DNA of 64,000 nucleotides from an uncultured Nitrospiraceae bacterium (GCA_963846575.1 CAWJWJ010000002.1:2528001-2592000); one strand, 5' to 3'. Positions 47,486 to 57,997 are shown, counted from the stretch's first letter. The notes: generated from the sequence alone by a model not told the origin. Translations and numbers: made by a program.

Positions 47486-48808
47486 ATGGCACACGTCATT
47501 CCCTTCCACGGTACGTTATACAACCCCGCGACGGTCGGCGACGTTCGGCAGGTGGTTGCACCGCCCTACGACATCATCGACAGCACGTTGCAGAAGACGC
47601 TGCATGATCGCCACCAGAACAACGTGATCCGCCTGGAACTCGGGTATGAACAGCCCGGCGACAGCCCCGGGAACAACAAATACAGCCGCGCCGCGAGTGC
47701 GCTGAAAGAGTGGCTGAAAGCCGGCGCGTTGCGCCGCGACAGCCAGCCGGCCATCTATTACCATACGATCGAGTACCGCCCGCCCTATTCGGCTCCTGGC
47801 ACTCCGACCAAGCTGTTTAAAGGCTTTCTTTCCACGGTGGAGTTGGAGGAATTCGGCTCGGGGAAGATTTACCCGCACGAGAACACGCGCGCCGCAGCCA
47901 AAACGGATCGGCTGAATCTCCTGGAAGCCTGCGGGGCGAACTTCAGCCCGATCATTTCGCTCTATTCGGACCCTCAGAATGAAATCCTGACGCTGATCGA
48001 AACGGCCATCGCCTCCGAGAAGCCCCGCATTGATTTCCAGGACGACGAGGGGTTCCGGCAGCGGCTCTGGAGCGTCACCGATCGGGTGGTGCTCGACCGG
48101 GTCGTTCAGATCATGAAGGACAAACTGCTCTTCATCGCCGATGGGCACCACCGGTACGAGACGGCGCTGAACTATCGCCGCACCAGACGGCAGCAGGCCG
48201 GCGCACCGTCCACGCCCCAGCCCTACGACAACGTGTTGATGTTGTTCGCGAGCCTTGAGGACAAGGGATTGACCGTGTTGCCGACGCACCGCATCCTGAC
48301 CACAGAGTTGCCGAAGCCCGCGGAGGTGGTGCGCAGGCTCGAGTCAATCTTCGACATCACACCGCTCCCCTTCCAGCCATCCACGGAACCGCAGGTGCGC
48401 GGACAGTTCATCGACATGCTGCGCAGCCGCGGACAGTCGATCCCGATGTTCGGCCTCGCGCTGAAAGAAGATTTGCAATATTACCTGCTGGCGTTAAAGA
48501 CGGCGCACCGCCCCTCGGCCGCGGCTTCGCCGCGCGATCGGTTAGACGTGTCCCTCTTGCAACAACATGTGGTTGCCACGCTCTGTCCGACCCAGCAGGA
48601 GCAGGAAGCGATGCGTTACTCCAAGGACGATCACGAATCTTTGAACTGGGTGCGCGAGGGAACCGGTACCGCGGCCTTGTTGCTGAATCCGACCAGAGTC
48701 GCCGAAGTGCAGGCCGTGGCCTCAGCAGGCGAACGGATGCCTCACAAGTCGACCTATTTCTTTCCCAAGCCGCTTACCGGGCTGGTCATGAACGTGATGG
48801 AAGGATGA
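47486..48808 (+). CDS. DUF1015 family protein
   Basis: PPYD, PHE.T, IADGHHRYETA, MP.KSTYFFPKP..GL. Confidence 0.88.
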   Translation: MAHVIPFHGTLYNPATVGDVRQVVAPPYDIIDSTLQKTLHDRHQNNVIRLELGYEQPGDSPGNNKYSRAASALKEWLKAGALRRDSQPAIYYHTIEYRPPYSAPGTPTKLFKGFLSTVELEEFGSGKIYPHENTRAAAKTDRLNLLEACGANFSPIISLYSDPQNEILTLIETAIASEKPRIDFQDDEGFRQRLWSVTDRVVLDRVVQIMKDKLLFIADGHHRYETALNYRRTRRQQAGAPSTPQPYDNVLMLFASLEDKGLTVLPTHRILTTELPKPAEVVRRLESIFDITPLPFQPSTEPQVRGQFIDMLRSRGQSIPMFGLALKEDLQYYLLALKTAHRPSAAASPRDRLDVSLLQQHVVATLCPTQQEQEAMRYSKDDHESLNWVREGTGTAALLLNPTRVAEVQAVASAGERMPHKSTYFFPKPLTGLVMNVMEG

Positions 48809-48850
48809 GTTGCACTGTGGCATGAGGGCGATCGAATGAGCGGACCTGCG

Positions 48851-50227
48851 ATGAAGGCTAAGGTGCTGATTGTTGATGACGACCAGGACATCGTCACCAT
48901 GCTGCAGGATCGCCTCGACGCCAGCGGGTACAGAACGTTCACCGCCAGTGACGGTCAACGCGGTATCGAACTCATTGAGCAGGAATCCCCCAACCTCGTA
49001 CTCCTCGATCTATACCTCCCGCGCCTCAAGGGCATGGACGTGCTGAAGCGCATGGCGCAAAACCGGCAAATCGACGACATCCCGGTCATTGTCATGACCG
49101 CCGCAGGCACGATCCCGGATGCGGTCGAAGCCATGCGCCAGGGCGCCTACGATTTTTTGACGAAGCCCCTCGAAAAAGACCATCTGCTCATCGTGATTCA
49201 AAAAGCCCTGGAGCGGGACTCGTTGAAGCGGCAAGTGGCCGCCCTCAAATCCGACATCCAAAACCGGTATGCCACCATTGTCGGAGATAGTCAGAAAATC
49301 AAAGCGATCATCGAATCGGCGCAACGCGCCGCCAACTCGGATGCCAGCATTCTGCTACTGGGGGAGAGCGGAACCGGCAAGGAACTCTTCGCACGCTCTA
49401 TCCACCAATGGAGCCCTCGTCAGGGCATGCCTATGGTCGTGATCAACTGCGTGGCGCTGACGGAAACGTTGCTGGAGAACGAACTCTTCGGTCATGAACG
49501 CGGGGCCTATACCGGCGCGGACCGGATGCAAAAGGGCAAATTGGAGATGGCTGAGGGAGGAACCGTCTTTCTCGATGAGATCGGGGACATGCCCCTGCCG
49601 TTACAGGCCAAACTCCTGCGGGTGCTGCAGGACAGGGAATTCCAGCGGGTCGGAGGAACACGCCCGGTCTCCGTCAACATTCGCTTCGTGGCCGCGACCA
49701 ACAAGGATCTCAGACAGGCGGTAAAGGCCGGGCAGTTCAGAGAGGATCTGTTCTTTCGGCTGAACGTCGTGACCTTTACACTCCCGCCCTTGCGGGACCG
49801 CAGTGAGGACATTCCCCGGCTGGCCGAGTTTTTTCTCACCCGCCACGCCTATGAAGCCAAACGTCCGGGCGTCACGCTCAGTCCCGCGGCGCTGAACACC
49901 TTGACCCATTACCCCTGGCCCGGCAACATACGGGAACTCGATAATGTCCTCTCCCGGGCGGTCGTGCTCAGCCCCAGCGATGTCATCGAACCTGATTCCT
50001 TGGCCTTGTCGGCCGATGAGACGGCGGGAAAGGGTACGGCGGAGAGCACGCTGCCCTACATCAATCTCACCTACCATGAGTCGATGGAGGCACACAGCGC
50101 CTATATCATTGATCGGGCGCTGGAGCGGGCGGCAGGCAATCAAACCAAGGCTGCCGAGTTTCTCGACCTTCAACGGACCTATCTCGCCCGTTTGATCAAG
50201 CAACGGAAACCAGCTGCCGGTGAATAA
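48851..50227 (+). CDS. Sigma54-dependent response regulator (NtrC/AtoC family)
   Basis: REC domain, GESGTGKE, ENELFGHERGAYTGA, FLDEIG, WPGNIREL, Fis-type HTH. Confidence 0.93.
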   Translation: MKAKVLIVDDDQDIVTMLQDRLDASGYRTFTASDGQRGIELIEQESPNLVLLDLYLPRLKGMDVLKRMAQNRQIDDIPVIVMTAAGTIPDAVEAMRQGAYDFLTKPLEKDHLLIVIQKALERDSLKRQVAALKSDIQNRYATIVGDSQKIKAIIESAQRAANSDASILLLGESGTGKELFARSIHQWSPRQGMPMVVINCVALTETLLENELFGHERGAYTGADRMQKGKLEMAEGGTVFLDEIGDMPLPLQAKLLRVLQDREFQRVGGTRPVSVNIRFVAATNKDLRQAVKAGQFREDLFFRLNVVTFTLPPLRDRSEDIPRLAEFFLTRHAYEAKRPGVTLSPAALNTLTHYPWPGNIRELDNVLSRAVVLSPSDVIEPDSLALSADETAGKGTAESTLPYINLTYHESMEAHSAYIIDRALERAAGNQTKAAEFLDLQRTYLARLIKQRKPAAGE

Positions 50228-50297
50228 TTCAGCCGAAGGCTCGTTTCGTCACCTCCCGGCATCTTTTCGGGGAGCTGCACTCAGCCTGCGGCGAGCC

Positions 50298-51035
50298 TTA
50301 CGCATCTTTTCGTGCGGATAAACTGAGCATCCCCGCAGCGGCATCTCGCTCAACCTGCGCATACCGTTCCGGCGTCCCGACGTCGCTCCAGTACCCATCG
50401 AACTCGTAGCCCATGATCCGCTCCCCCGTTTGAATGCCCTGGACGTATGCATCAATGATTGAGCATTCCTTGCCGGCCGGAAGGAAACGCAGCAGACGCG
50501 GGTGCAGAATATGGATACCGGCAAACATCCGCCCCGACGTGGGCGAGGAGACGGAGCGACCGCGTCCCGTAATCCGAACCACTTCCCCTTGGCCGGTGAG
50601 TTCGATCAGGCCCCAGCGAGCAGCTTCAGGATCCTGACGCAAGACCAGAGTGGCCGCCGCATTGTGCGCGTGATGGAAGCTGATGAGGGCCGTGAGATCC
50701 AGCTCGAAGAGGGTGTCGCCGTTCAGTATCAGCACCGGCTCGCTGCGGAACTGGGTCTCGGCCTGTTTGATTCCGCCCCCCGTGCCCAGAATCACGGGCT
50801 CGCACGAATAGGTTATTCGCACACCGAAACGGCCGCCATCGCCCAATGCAGCCTGGATCATCGCCCCCAGATGATGGACATTGATGACGATGTCCTGAAT
50901 GCCGTGACGCTTCAGGAGCAACAGATTCCAGACAATCATGGGAGTGCCGGCGACAGGCAGGAGCGGCTTTGGCGTCACATCGGTGAGGGGCCTTAACCGG
51001 GTTCCGAACCCCGCTGCGAGAATCATGGCCTTCAT
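50298..51035 (-). CDS. murU: Nucleotidyltransferase, MurU-like
   Basis: MKAMILAAG.GTRLRPLT...PKPL, GTGGGI, NGD, W.DVGTPER; directly downstream of an amgK homologue. Confidence 0.7.
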   Translation of the reverse strand: MKAMILAAGFGTRLRPLTDVTPKPLLPVAGTPMIVWNLLLLKRHGIQDIVINVHHLGAMIQAALGDGGRFGVRITYSCEPVILGTGGGIKQAETQFRSEPVLILNGDTLFELDLTALISFHHAHNAAATLVLRQDPEAARWGLIELTGQGEVVRITGRGRSVSSPTSGRMFAGIHILHPRLLRFLPAGKECSIIDAYVQGIQTGERIMGYEFDGYWSDVGTPERYAQVERDAAAGMLSLSARKDA

Positions 51036-51062
51036 AGCAGAGTGCTGGCTGTTATCCCGGCG

Positions 51063-52163
51063 TTATTGCAACTCAGCGACGTACGGTGCCAGGTGTCGGC
51101 GAAGGGTGGCCAGTTCGGGATATTTTAGAAGATTGCGCTTCACGTAGCCCAAGACACGAGGGATATCGGCAAGAAATTTGGGATTGTGTTTGACCTGATC
51201 GATATAAACAAACCGGCCGGCCGCCTTAAGGTTTCGCTGAATGCTCGTGAGGTCGAACAACCGCCGAAATGCCACCCGATCAGTCCAACCCTGCCCCTGG
51301 GCGGCGACACCATCCAGAAAATGATCGATCAGCCCATTCACCAAGACCTCGTCCAACTCGATGTAGGCGTCCTTGAGCAACGAGGCCAGATCGTAGGTGG
51401 CCGGTCCCATCAGAGCATCCTGAAAATCAATGATGCCGATCCGCGATCCGTCTACCATGAGGTTACGAGAATGGTAGTCGCGGTGGACGAAGACCTGAGG
51501 CTGCCCCGCCAGCAACTCGGCGATAGTTTGGAACTCGGCTCGGATTGCCGCCGCATCAGCCGGATCCATCGGCCTGCCCAGGCGGGCCGCGATACCGTAT
51601 TCCAGGAAGTGGTCGAACTCCCACATCAGCAGCGGCACGTCGAACCGGCGATGGAAAGCGATGCATCCCAGGTCAGGCGGCGTGGTGCCTCTGACTTGGA
51701 ACTGGACCAGCTCCTCGATCGCCTGCCGATAGAGGGACTCCACTTTGGCGCGCGGTGCCGCACGACAGGCTTCTGCCAGCGTAAGGTCGCCAAAATCTTC
51801 CAGATAGAGCAGACCGGCTTCGCGATCGTAGTAATGCAGCTGCGGCACCGTCACGCCGGTGCGCTGCAGATGCGCCAGAACGTTGGTAAACGGGAGCTCC
51901 GTGATCTGGGCTGAAGCTCCACTCACTGCTTCCTCGGACTTCTTGAAACCCTCGGGGTCGGCCAGCTGCATCAGAATCAAAGAGGCCGGCGCAGTCTGAA
52001 GGGTGAGTCGAAAATACCGGCGATTGGATGCGTCACCGGCCAGCGGCGTCAGTGCGGCTGATTCTCCACGAAACGGAAGGTGATTGGCGACGGTCCGGGC
52101 GATGCGCGATGCATCGGGAGGCGCGAGGGGCGTCGCAGGCGCAGCAGGATTTGTCGTTGTCAT
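51063..52163 (-). CDS. amgK: Anomeric MurNAc/GlcNAc kinase AmgK-like phosphotransferase
   Basis: GDAS.RRYFR, EDFGD, HRDYHSRNLM, IDFQDA..GP..YDL.SLL.D, QRNLKA.G.F. Confidence 0.8.
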   Translation of the reverse strand: MTTTNPAAPATPLAPPDASRIARTVANHLPFRGESAALTPLAGDASNRRYFRLTLQTAPASLILMQLADPEGFKKSEEAVSGASAQITELPFTNVLAHLQRTGVTVPQLHYYDREAGLLYLEDFGDLTLAEACRAAPRAKVESLYRQAIEELVQFQVRGTTPPDLGCIAFHRRFDVPLLMWEFDHFLEYGIAARLGRPMDPADAAAIRAEFQTIAELLAGQPQVFVHRDYHSRNLMVDGSRIGIIDFQDALMGPATYDLASLLKDAYIELDEVLVNGLIDHFLDGVAAQGQGWTDRVAFRRLFDLTSIQRNLKAAGRFVYIDQVKHNPKFLADIPRVLGYVKRNLLKYPELATLRRHLAPYVAELQ

Positions 52164-52341
52164 ACGATGCGCATTATAGCCAAACCATCCTGAACTGCCA
52201 GTACAAAGTCACCTCCTGCACAAGAGTCGCGAACATTGCGGACACCGTCTGTCGGCGGCATGACCGCTCGCCACGGAAAACCTCGGTTGTCAGCCGTCAG
52301 CCTCAGCCGGTATCCTGAGTCATCAACGAAGGAGGCGCCCC

Positions 52342-53313
52342 ATGCAGTATGTTCATCTCGGCCGGTCAGGAGTTCGAGTCAGCCGTCTCTGTCTCGGCAC
52401 GATGAACTTCGGGCCACTGACCTCCGAATCCGACAGCTATGCCATCATGGACCAGGCGTTGGAGCGGGGCATCAATTTTTTCGACAGCGCGAACGTCTAT
52501 GGATGGAAAGTCGGCGAAGGTATTACCGAACAAATTGTCGGCCGCTGGCTGGCCCAAGGAGGCGGGCGGCGCGAGAAGGTCGTACTGGCCACCAAGGTCT
52601 TCGGCCGCATGGGGGATTGGCCCAACCAGTCGAGATTATCGGCATTGCACATCAAACGCGCCTGCGAAGAAAGCCTTCGCCGTCTGCGGACGGACCACCT
52701 TGATCTGTATCAAATGCATCATATCGATCGTGCCTGTCCCTGGGAGGAAATCTGGCAGGCCATGGAGCAGCTGTGCCGGGAAGGTAAGGTGCTCTATATC
52801 GGCAGCAGCAATTTCGCAGGCTGGCACATTGCCCAGGCACAGGAGCTCGCCAGGTCGCGCCATTTTCTCGGTTTAATTTCCGAACAGAGCCTCTACAATC
52901 TCCTCGAACGCACGGTGGAACTGGAAGTCGTGCCCGCCTGTCTGGCCTATGGAGTCGGCCTCATTCCCTGGAGTCCCCTGGCGCGTGGCCTGCTTGGCGG
53001 GGCCCTGCTTGCGAGCACAGCCGGTCGGAGAGCGGATGCTGAGGTCCGGAAGGACATTGAGACCCACCGCATCAAACTCGAAGCCTACGAAGGGATTTGC
53101 AAGACGCTGCAGGCCACGCCGGCCGCCGTGGCGCTCGCATGGCTGTTACATCAACCAGCCGTGACGGCTCCCATTATCGGACCCCGCACCATGGAACAAC
53201 TCACCGGTGCCCTGGAGAGCCTCGACCTGAGATTGGCTCCGGAGATACTGAAGGCGCTGGATGAAATTTTCCCCGGCCCCGGAGGAGCCGCCCCCGAAGC
53301 CTATGCCTGGTGA
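52342..53313 (+). CDS. Aldo/keto reductase
   Basis: LGTMNFG, FDSANVY, LATK, SLRRL.TD..DLYQ.H, WSPLA.G. Confidence 0.93.
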   Translation: MQYVHLGRSGVRVSRLCLGTMNFGPLTSESDSYAIMDQALERGINFFDSANVYGWKVGEGITEQIVGRWLAQGGGRREKVVLATKVFGRMGDWPNQSRLSALHIKRACEESLRRLRTDHLDLYQMHHIDRACPWEEIWQAMEQLCREGKVLYIGSSNFAGWHIAQAQELARSRHFLGLISEQSLYNLLERTVELEVVPACLAYGVGLIPWSPLARGLLGGALLASTAGRRADAEVRKDIETHRIKLEAYEGICKTLQATPAAVALAWLLHQPAVTAPIIGPRTMEQLTGALESLDLRLAPEILKALDEIFPGPGGAAPEAYAW

Positions 53314-53614
53314 AGAGTAGGCACCAATGACCAGGGCCCGGCAAAAACGTCCCGGCTCGATCGTGAGGGGGCCCTGTGCCACCGGCAAATGTTCGGGCCG
53401 GGAGCGTTGATCTCTGCTCCACCCGATCTGAATTCTTCCCGCGTTGCAATCTGCCTCCCGCGCTTTCAGCAGACGTTCAACCTGCTCCATCCACGGTGGG
53501 GTTCATTCCGAGCGGGCTTTCGACCACGCTCGATTGTGGCCTGGCTCCGGCCCTGCACTCCTCGCGACATCCATAGGCCGAGCCAGACCTGCAGGCTCAC
53601 AATTTCCTGGCTGC

Positions 53615-53630
53615 AGGCACTCTCCTTGCT
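53615..53630 (+). promoter_or_regulatory. Sigma54 (-24/-12) promoter
   Basis: AGGCAC-TCTCC-TTGCT (GG-N10-GC), 60 nt upstream of ATG 53691. Confidence 0.6.
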
Positions 53631-53690
53631 CTCTCCATTGCTCATCACAATCCGCCAGGTCAGACCCCGCTCGCATCAGGAGGAGGATCC

Positions 53691-53993
53691 ATGAAGCAGA
53701 TTGGCAACGACAGAGCCCTCAGCCCCGCGAAAATTCTTTCGCGCCCCAATGGCCATGCCCCGCTGACCTGCGCCACCTGTCAAGGCCACCTGGTTGCCGA
53801 CCTGTACATCGACACGGTCGATGCCGGTGGCCATGTCTGGGTCAGGGCGTTACGTTGCGTAGGCTGTCGGAAACTAGCCGATGTCGAACTGCAGGGGTTC
53901 AGTACTCCGGCACAGGCGGGAAGAATCGGACGGATACCGCGCGAGTTACCTGAATGGGGATTGAGCGATGAGATGACCGCCTTAGGCACCTAA
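53691..53993 (+). CDS. Small zinc-ribbon-like protein
   Basis: AGGAGG RBS; CATC...CVGC pair of CxxC motifs. Confidence 0.6.
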   Translation: MKQIGNDRALSPAKILSRPNGHAPLTCATCQGHLVADLYIDTVDAGGHVWVRALRCVGCRKLADVELQGFSTPAQAGRIGRIPRELPEWGLSDEMTALGT

Positions 53994-54476
53994 CAAGGAC
54001 GCTGAACTCCGCAGACTGCGCCACTCCACCCATCGCCAGACCCAGGCCCCTAACATGGCTCCCATGGTATCGGCGACGAGATCCAAGGGATCCCCTTCGC
54101 GAAAGGGCACGAACAATTGATGCACCTCATCACTCAAGCCGTACAATGCACAACCGGCCACTACCACGGTCATGGCATGCCGCGCCACCAGGGGGCCGGC
54201 CGCATGCCGGCAGGCCCGATAGGTCAATGCCCCCAGCACGCCATATTCACAGAGGTGCAAGACCTTATCGGAGATGGCATGCAGAACCGACTCAATGGCC
54301 GCCGGCGGATTCGACACGGAGGAACCTCCGAATATCAGCGCGGCATAGAGTCCCACCGGAACCCAATAGCGCACTCTCGATCCGGCGCCGTTAAACGATT
54401 CAAGCGGCATATTCGCCGAGATGCTCGGTTCCACTTCCATACCGTTCGGCTCCTCGCTCCCCTGAACGACACTCAT
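53982..54476 (-). CDS. VanZ family membrane protein
   Basis: DKVLH..EYG.L, DE.HQ.FVP.R, D..AD..G; start uncertain. Confidence 0.82.
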   Translation of the reverse strand: MSVVQGSEEPNGMEVEPSISANMPLESFNGAGSRVRYWVPVGLYAALIFGGSSVSNPPAAIESVLHAISDKVLHLCEYGVLGALTYRACRHAAGPLVARHAMTVVVAGCALYGLSDEVHQLFVPFREGDPLDLVADTMGAMLGAWVWRWVEWRSLRSSASLLGA

Positions 54477-54590
54477 ATCATCCGGCCAGGAGGCTGAACC
54501 AAACTCTGCGTTGAGGAAGAATCCCGTTCATTCATTGCAACCCATATACCCCTATGACATACTGCCCTCGAGTCCGCAAGAAACTTCCCG

Positions 54591-56795
54591 ATGAAAACCA
54601 TTCAGCTCTGTTTCCTTTGGCATATGCACCAGCCGTACTACACGGACCCCCTCACGGGATCCGCCAGTATGCCCTGGGTCCGCCTGCATGCCACGAAGGC
54701 CTACTACGATATGGCCTTCCTGCTGGACAAGCTTCCGCAGGCCCGCTCCACTTTTAACTTCACCCCGTCCCTGCTGCTCCAACTCGAAGAATTTTCCGAA
54801 GGTCGGGTCCGCGACCTCTTTCTCGAATATGCCCAACGCCCGGCCGCCGACCTCACCCCGGAGGAGAAGGCCTTCATCATCCGTCATTTTTTCTCGGCGA
54901 ACTGGGCCACCATGGTCCGCCCCTTCCCGCGTTATCAGGAACTGCTCGTGAAACGCGGGCTGGAGGTGCATGGCCAGGACTTACTTCGCCTCGCCAAGCA
55001 ATTTTCCACCCAGGAGTTGCTTGATCTGCAAGTGTGGCACAACCTGGCATGGTTCGGGTACGGCAGTCTGCGACGGTATCCACGCCTGAAAGAGCTGCGC
55101 GGAAAGAATCGTGGATTTACGGAGGAAGAAAAGCAGGAGGTTCTTGTCCTCCAGCAGGCGGCCATCCGTCAGATCGTTCCGATGTACAAGGCACTCCAGG
55201 ACCGGGGTCAGATCGAATTGACCACCACCCCCTTTTTCCACCCCATTCTTCCCCTCGTCATTGATTCGGAATTCACCCGGCGTGCCAGGCCGGATTTGCC
55301 CCTACCCGCTCGGTTTCATGCGCCGGCCGACGCGGAGGCGCAGATCCAATTGGCCATCGACTATCACACCAAAACCTTCGGCCGGGCGCCTGTCGGACTG
55401 TGGCCCTCAGAGGGATCGGTCTGTCCGGAAATGTTGCCCATGCTGGAAAAAGCCGGAATCCGCTGGTTGGCGACCGACGAAGGCAATCTGTACCGATCGT
55501 TACAGGTCACGCAACATGCCTGGAATCGTCATTACCATCTCTATCAACCCTACTCCGTCGGCAAGCCGAACGGTCCCCTCTCCATGGTCTTTCGAGACCG
55601 GGACATTTCCGACGCCTTCGGCTTCGTCTACCATAAGACGACCCCGGAATCGGGAGCCGAGGATGCTCTCCGGCGGATACGCGGCCTGGCTTACGATATC
55701 CCGATGGAGCAAGGGATCATCTCGGTCATTCTCGACGGCGAAAACCCCTGGGAACATTATCATGACGGGGGTGAACGGTTTCTCACGCAGTTATTCCGCG
55801 CCTTCGAACAGGACGAGTTTCAGACCGGGCCAGGCACCCGTATCCGGATGGAAACGATGAGTCGTGCTCTCGCGATCGTCCCTCCCACTCACCACCTCGA
55901 TCACGTGCATTCCGGCTCGTGGATCAACCAGGATTTTAAGATCTGGATCGGCCACCAGGAAGACAATCGAGGGTGGGACCTCCTCCAACATACCCGGTCG
56001 CGACTCGTCGAGTTGACACCGTCCCTCACTCAGGAGCAGGCGAAGGCGGCCTGGGGAGAACTCTATGCCGCCGAAGGAAGCGATTGGTTCTGGTGGTACG
56101 GCGACGACTTCGAGACCGACTATAAGCAGGAATTCGACCGCCTGTTCCGGACGCACCTCCGCAACGTCTGGACCTATGCCGGCGTCACGCCGCCTGACAT
56201 CTTGAACCAGCCCCTGGTGGAAGCTCGCGTCCCGCAGGGGTTGGATGGAATCCAGGTCCCGCTCGCCTTCATTTCTCCGACCATCGATGGCCAGATGTCG
56301 AACTTTTTCGAGTGGCGCGGAGCCGGTTCCATCAATCCGGCTCCCCCGCTGGGCGCGATGTGGAAATCCGAAGGACTGTTTACGGCCATTTTCTTCGGAT
56401 TCGACCTGGAGCAGCTCTACTTCCGGCTGGACTTCGACGATCGCTCCCAAACTCGACAGGAGGATTGTGCTGTCGAGCTACACATCGCATCGGGGATTCA
56501 GCAATACAAGCTGTCCTTCGCCCTTGCGCCGACCGGCACCGACACGTTTCTTCTCGCCCGTGCGGAGGAGGCGGGGGCCTATCATGAGATGAGATCCTAC
56601 AGCAGCATCTGTCGTCGGAAAATTCTCGAGTTGGCGGTACCGTTCAAAGACCTCGACATCCACGTCGGAGATGAACTCCGGCTGACGTTGACAGTGTCGG
56701 AACATCGGATTGAGATCGCCCGGTATCCTCACCACACCCCGGTCACCTTCAATCGGCCGGACGACGATTTCGAAGCCACCATGTGGCGGGTATAA
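54591..56795 (+). CDS. Glycoside hydrolase family 57 (amylopullulanase-like)
   Basis: WHMHQP.Y, PWVRLH, HPILPL, WPSEGS, LDGEN.WE.Y, AEGSDWFWW. Confidence 0.92.
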   Translation: MKTIQLCFLWHMHQPYYTDPLTGSASMPWVRLHATKAYYDMAFLLDKLPQARSTFNFTPSLLLQLEEFSEGRVRDLFLEYAQRPAADLTPEEKAFIIRHFFSANWATMVRPFPRYQELLVKRGLEVHGQDLLRLAKQFSTQELLDLQVWHNLAWFGYGSLRRYPRLKELRGKNRGFTEEEKQEVLVLQQAAIRQIVPMYKALQDRGQIELTTTPFFHPILPLVIDSEFTRRARPDLPLPARFHAPADAEAQIQLAIDYHTKTFGRAPVGLWPSEGSVCPEMLPMLEKAGIRWLATDEGNLYRSLQVTQHAWNRHYHLYQPYSVGKPNGPLSMVFRDRDISDAFGFVYHKTTPESGAEDALRRIRGLAYDIPMEQGIISVILDGENPWEHYHDGGERFLTQLFRAFEQDEFQTGPGTRIRMETMSRALAIVPPTHHLDHVHSGSWINQDFKIWIGHQEDNRGWDLLQHTRSRLVELTPSLTQEQAKAAWGELYAAEGSDWFWWYGDDFETDYKQEFDRLFRTHLRNVWTYAGVTPPDILNQPLVEARVPQGLDGIQVPLAFISPTIDGQMSNFFEWRGAGSINPAPPLGAMWKSEGLFTAIFFGFDLEQLYFRLDFDDRSQTRQEDCAVELHIASGIQQYKLSFALAPTGTDTFLLARAEEAGAYHEMRSYSSICRRKILELAVPFKDLDIHVGDELRLTLTVSEHRIEIARYPHHTPVTFNRPDDDFEATMWRV

Positions 56796-56908
56796 TAAGC
56801 GGTGCCGTGCTCACCATCAGGGATGGATGGCGACGGGATGTCATCCGATCCCTCAACAGAGACGATACCCCACAGACATAGACATGATGTGAGAGGTAAG
56901 GAGTAGGA

Positions 56909-57910
56909 ATGCCTGAGTTACGCAGAGACCCGATTGTCGGCCGCTGGGTCATTGTTTCATCCGAGCGGAGTGGACGCCCCCATGACCTCCTCTTGCCGGC
57001 CGCGCCGCTCCCCTCCTCGTCCATGTGCCCGTTTTGTCCCGGACAAGAGCGGTTGACGCCGAAAGAAATCTTAGCCTACCGGCCTCAGGCCTCAGACCCC
57101 GATAGTCCCAATTGGACCGTTCGGGTCATCCCGAATAAATTTCCCGCCCTGCAGGTGGAAGGGGATATGGGGCGCGAAGGACTCGGCCTCTATGACCGGA
57201 TGAACGGGATCGGCGCCCACGAGGTAATCATCGAAACGACCCACCATACGGATAGCCTGGCGGACCTTCCGGCGAAGCGGGTGGAAGATGTGCTGTGGGC
57301 CTATCGCGACCGGATTCTGGACCTGAAGAAGGACCTTCGATTTCGTTACATCCTGATTTTCAAGAATCAAGGCGCCGCTGCCGGTGCGACCTTACAACAC
57401 AGCCATTCCCAACTCATCGCGCTCCCGGTCGTGCCCACCAGCGTGATCGAGGAGATGGACGGCTGCCGCCAACATTTCCAACAGAAGGAGCGCTGCATCT
57501 ACTGCGACATCCTGCGGCAGGAACTGGCCGAGGGGACGAGAGTGGTGCTGGAGAATCCCGAGTTTGTCTGCCTCGCGCCCTACGCCCCCCGGTTCCCGTT
57601 CGAAATGTGGATCCTGCCGAAGCGCCATGCCGGTTATTTTGAAGAGAGTCAGCGCTCACAGTTCGAGTTTCTGGCGCCGATCCTCGGAGAAGCCCTGCGG
57701 CGGATGAATGCCGTGCTCGCGCGCCCGGCGTACAACTTCATGCTGCACAGCTCACCGCTTCACGAAAAAACAGGGGATTTTTATCACTGGCATATCGAGA
57801 TCATTCCTAAATTGACCCAGGTGGCCGGATTCGAATGGGGCACCGGCTTCTATATCAACCCCGTCTCCCCCGAAGAGTCTGCCAAATGCTTGAGAGATGC
57901 CATTCTGTAA
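56909..57910 (+). CDS. galT: Galactose-1-phosphate uridylyltransferase family protein
   Basis: ELR.DP, CPFCPG.E, NKFPAL, GA.L.HSHSQ (HxHxQ), HWH.EI.P. Confidence 0.88.
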   Translation: MPELRRDPIVGRWVIVSSERSGRPHDLLLPAAPLPSSSMCPFCPGQERLTPKEILAYRPQASDPDSPNWTVRVIPNKFPALQVEGDMGREGLGLYDRMNGIGAHEVIIETTHHTDSLADLPAKRVEDVLWAYRDRILDLKKDLRFRYILIFKNQGAAAGATLQHSHSQLIALPVVPTSVIEEMDGCRQHFQQKERCIYCDILRQELAEGTRVVLENPEFVCLAPYAPRFPFEMWILPKRHAGYFEESQRSQFEFLAPILGEALRRMNAVLARPAYNFMLHSSPLHEKTGDFYHWHIEIIPKLTQVAGFEWGTGFYINPVSPEESAKCLRDAIL

Positions 57911-57997
57911 CTCGGATGAACACATCATCCGCGATCGCGAAACCCGCCATGGCCGATCGATGAGTCACGCCCGGCGATAGGATCCGGGTACCTGCCG

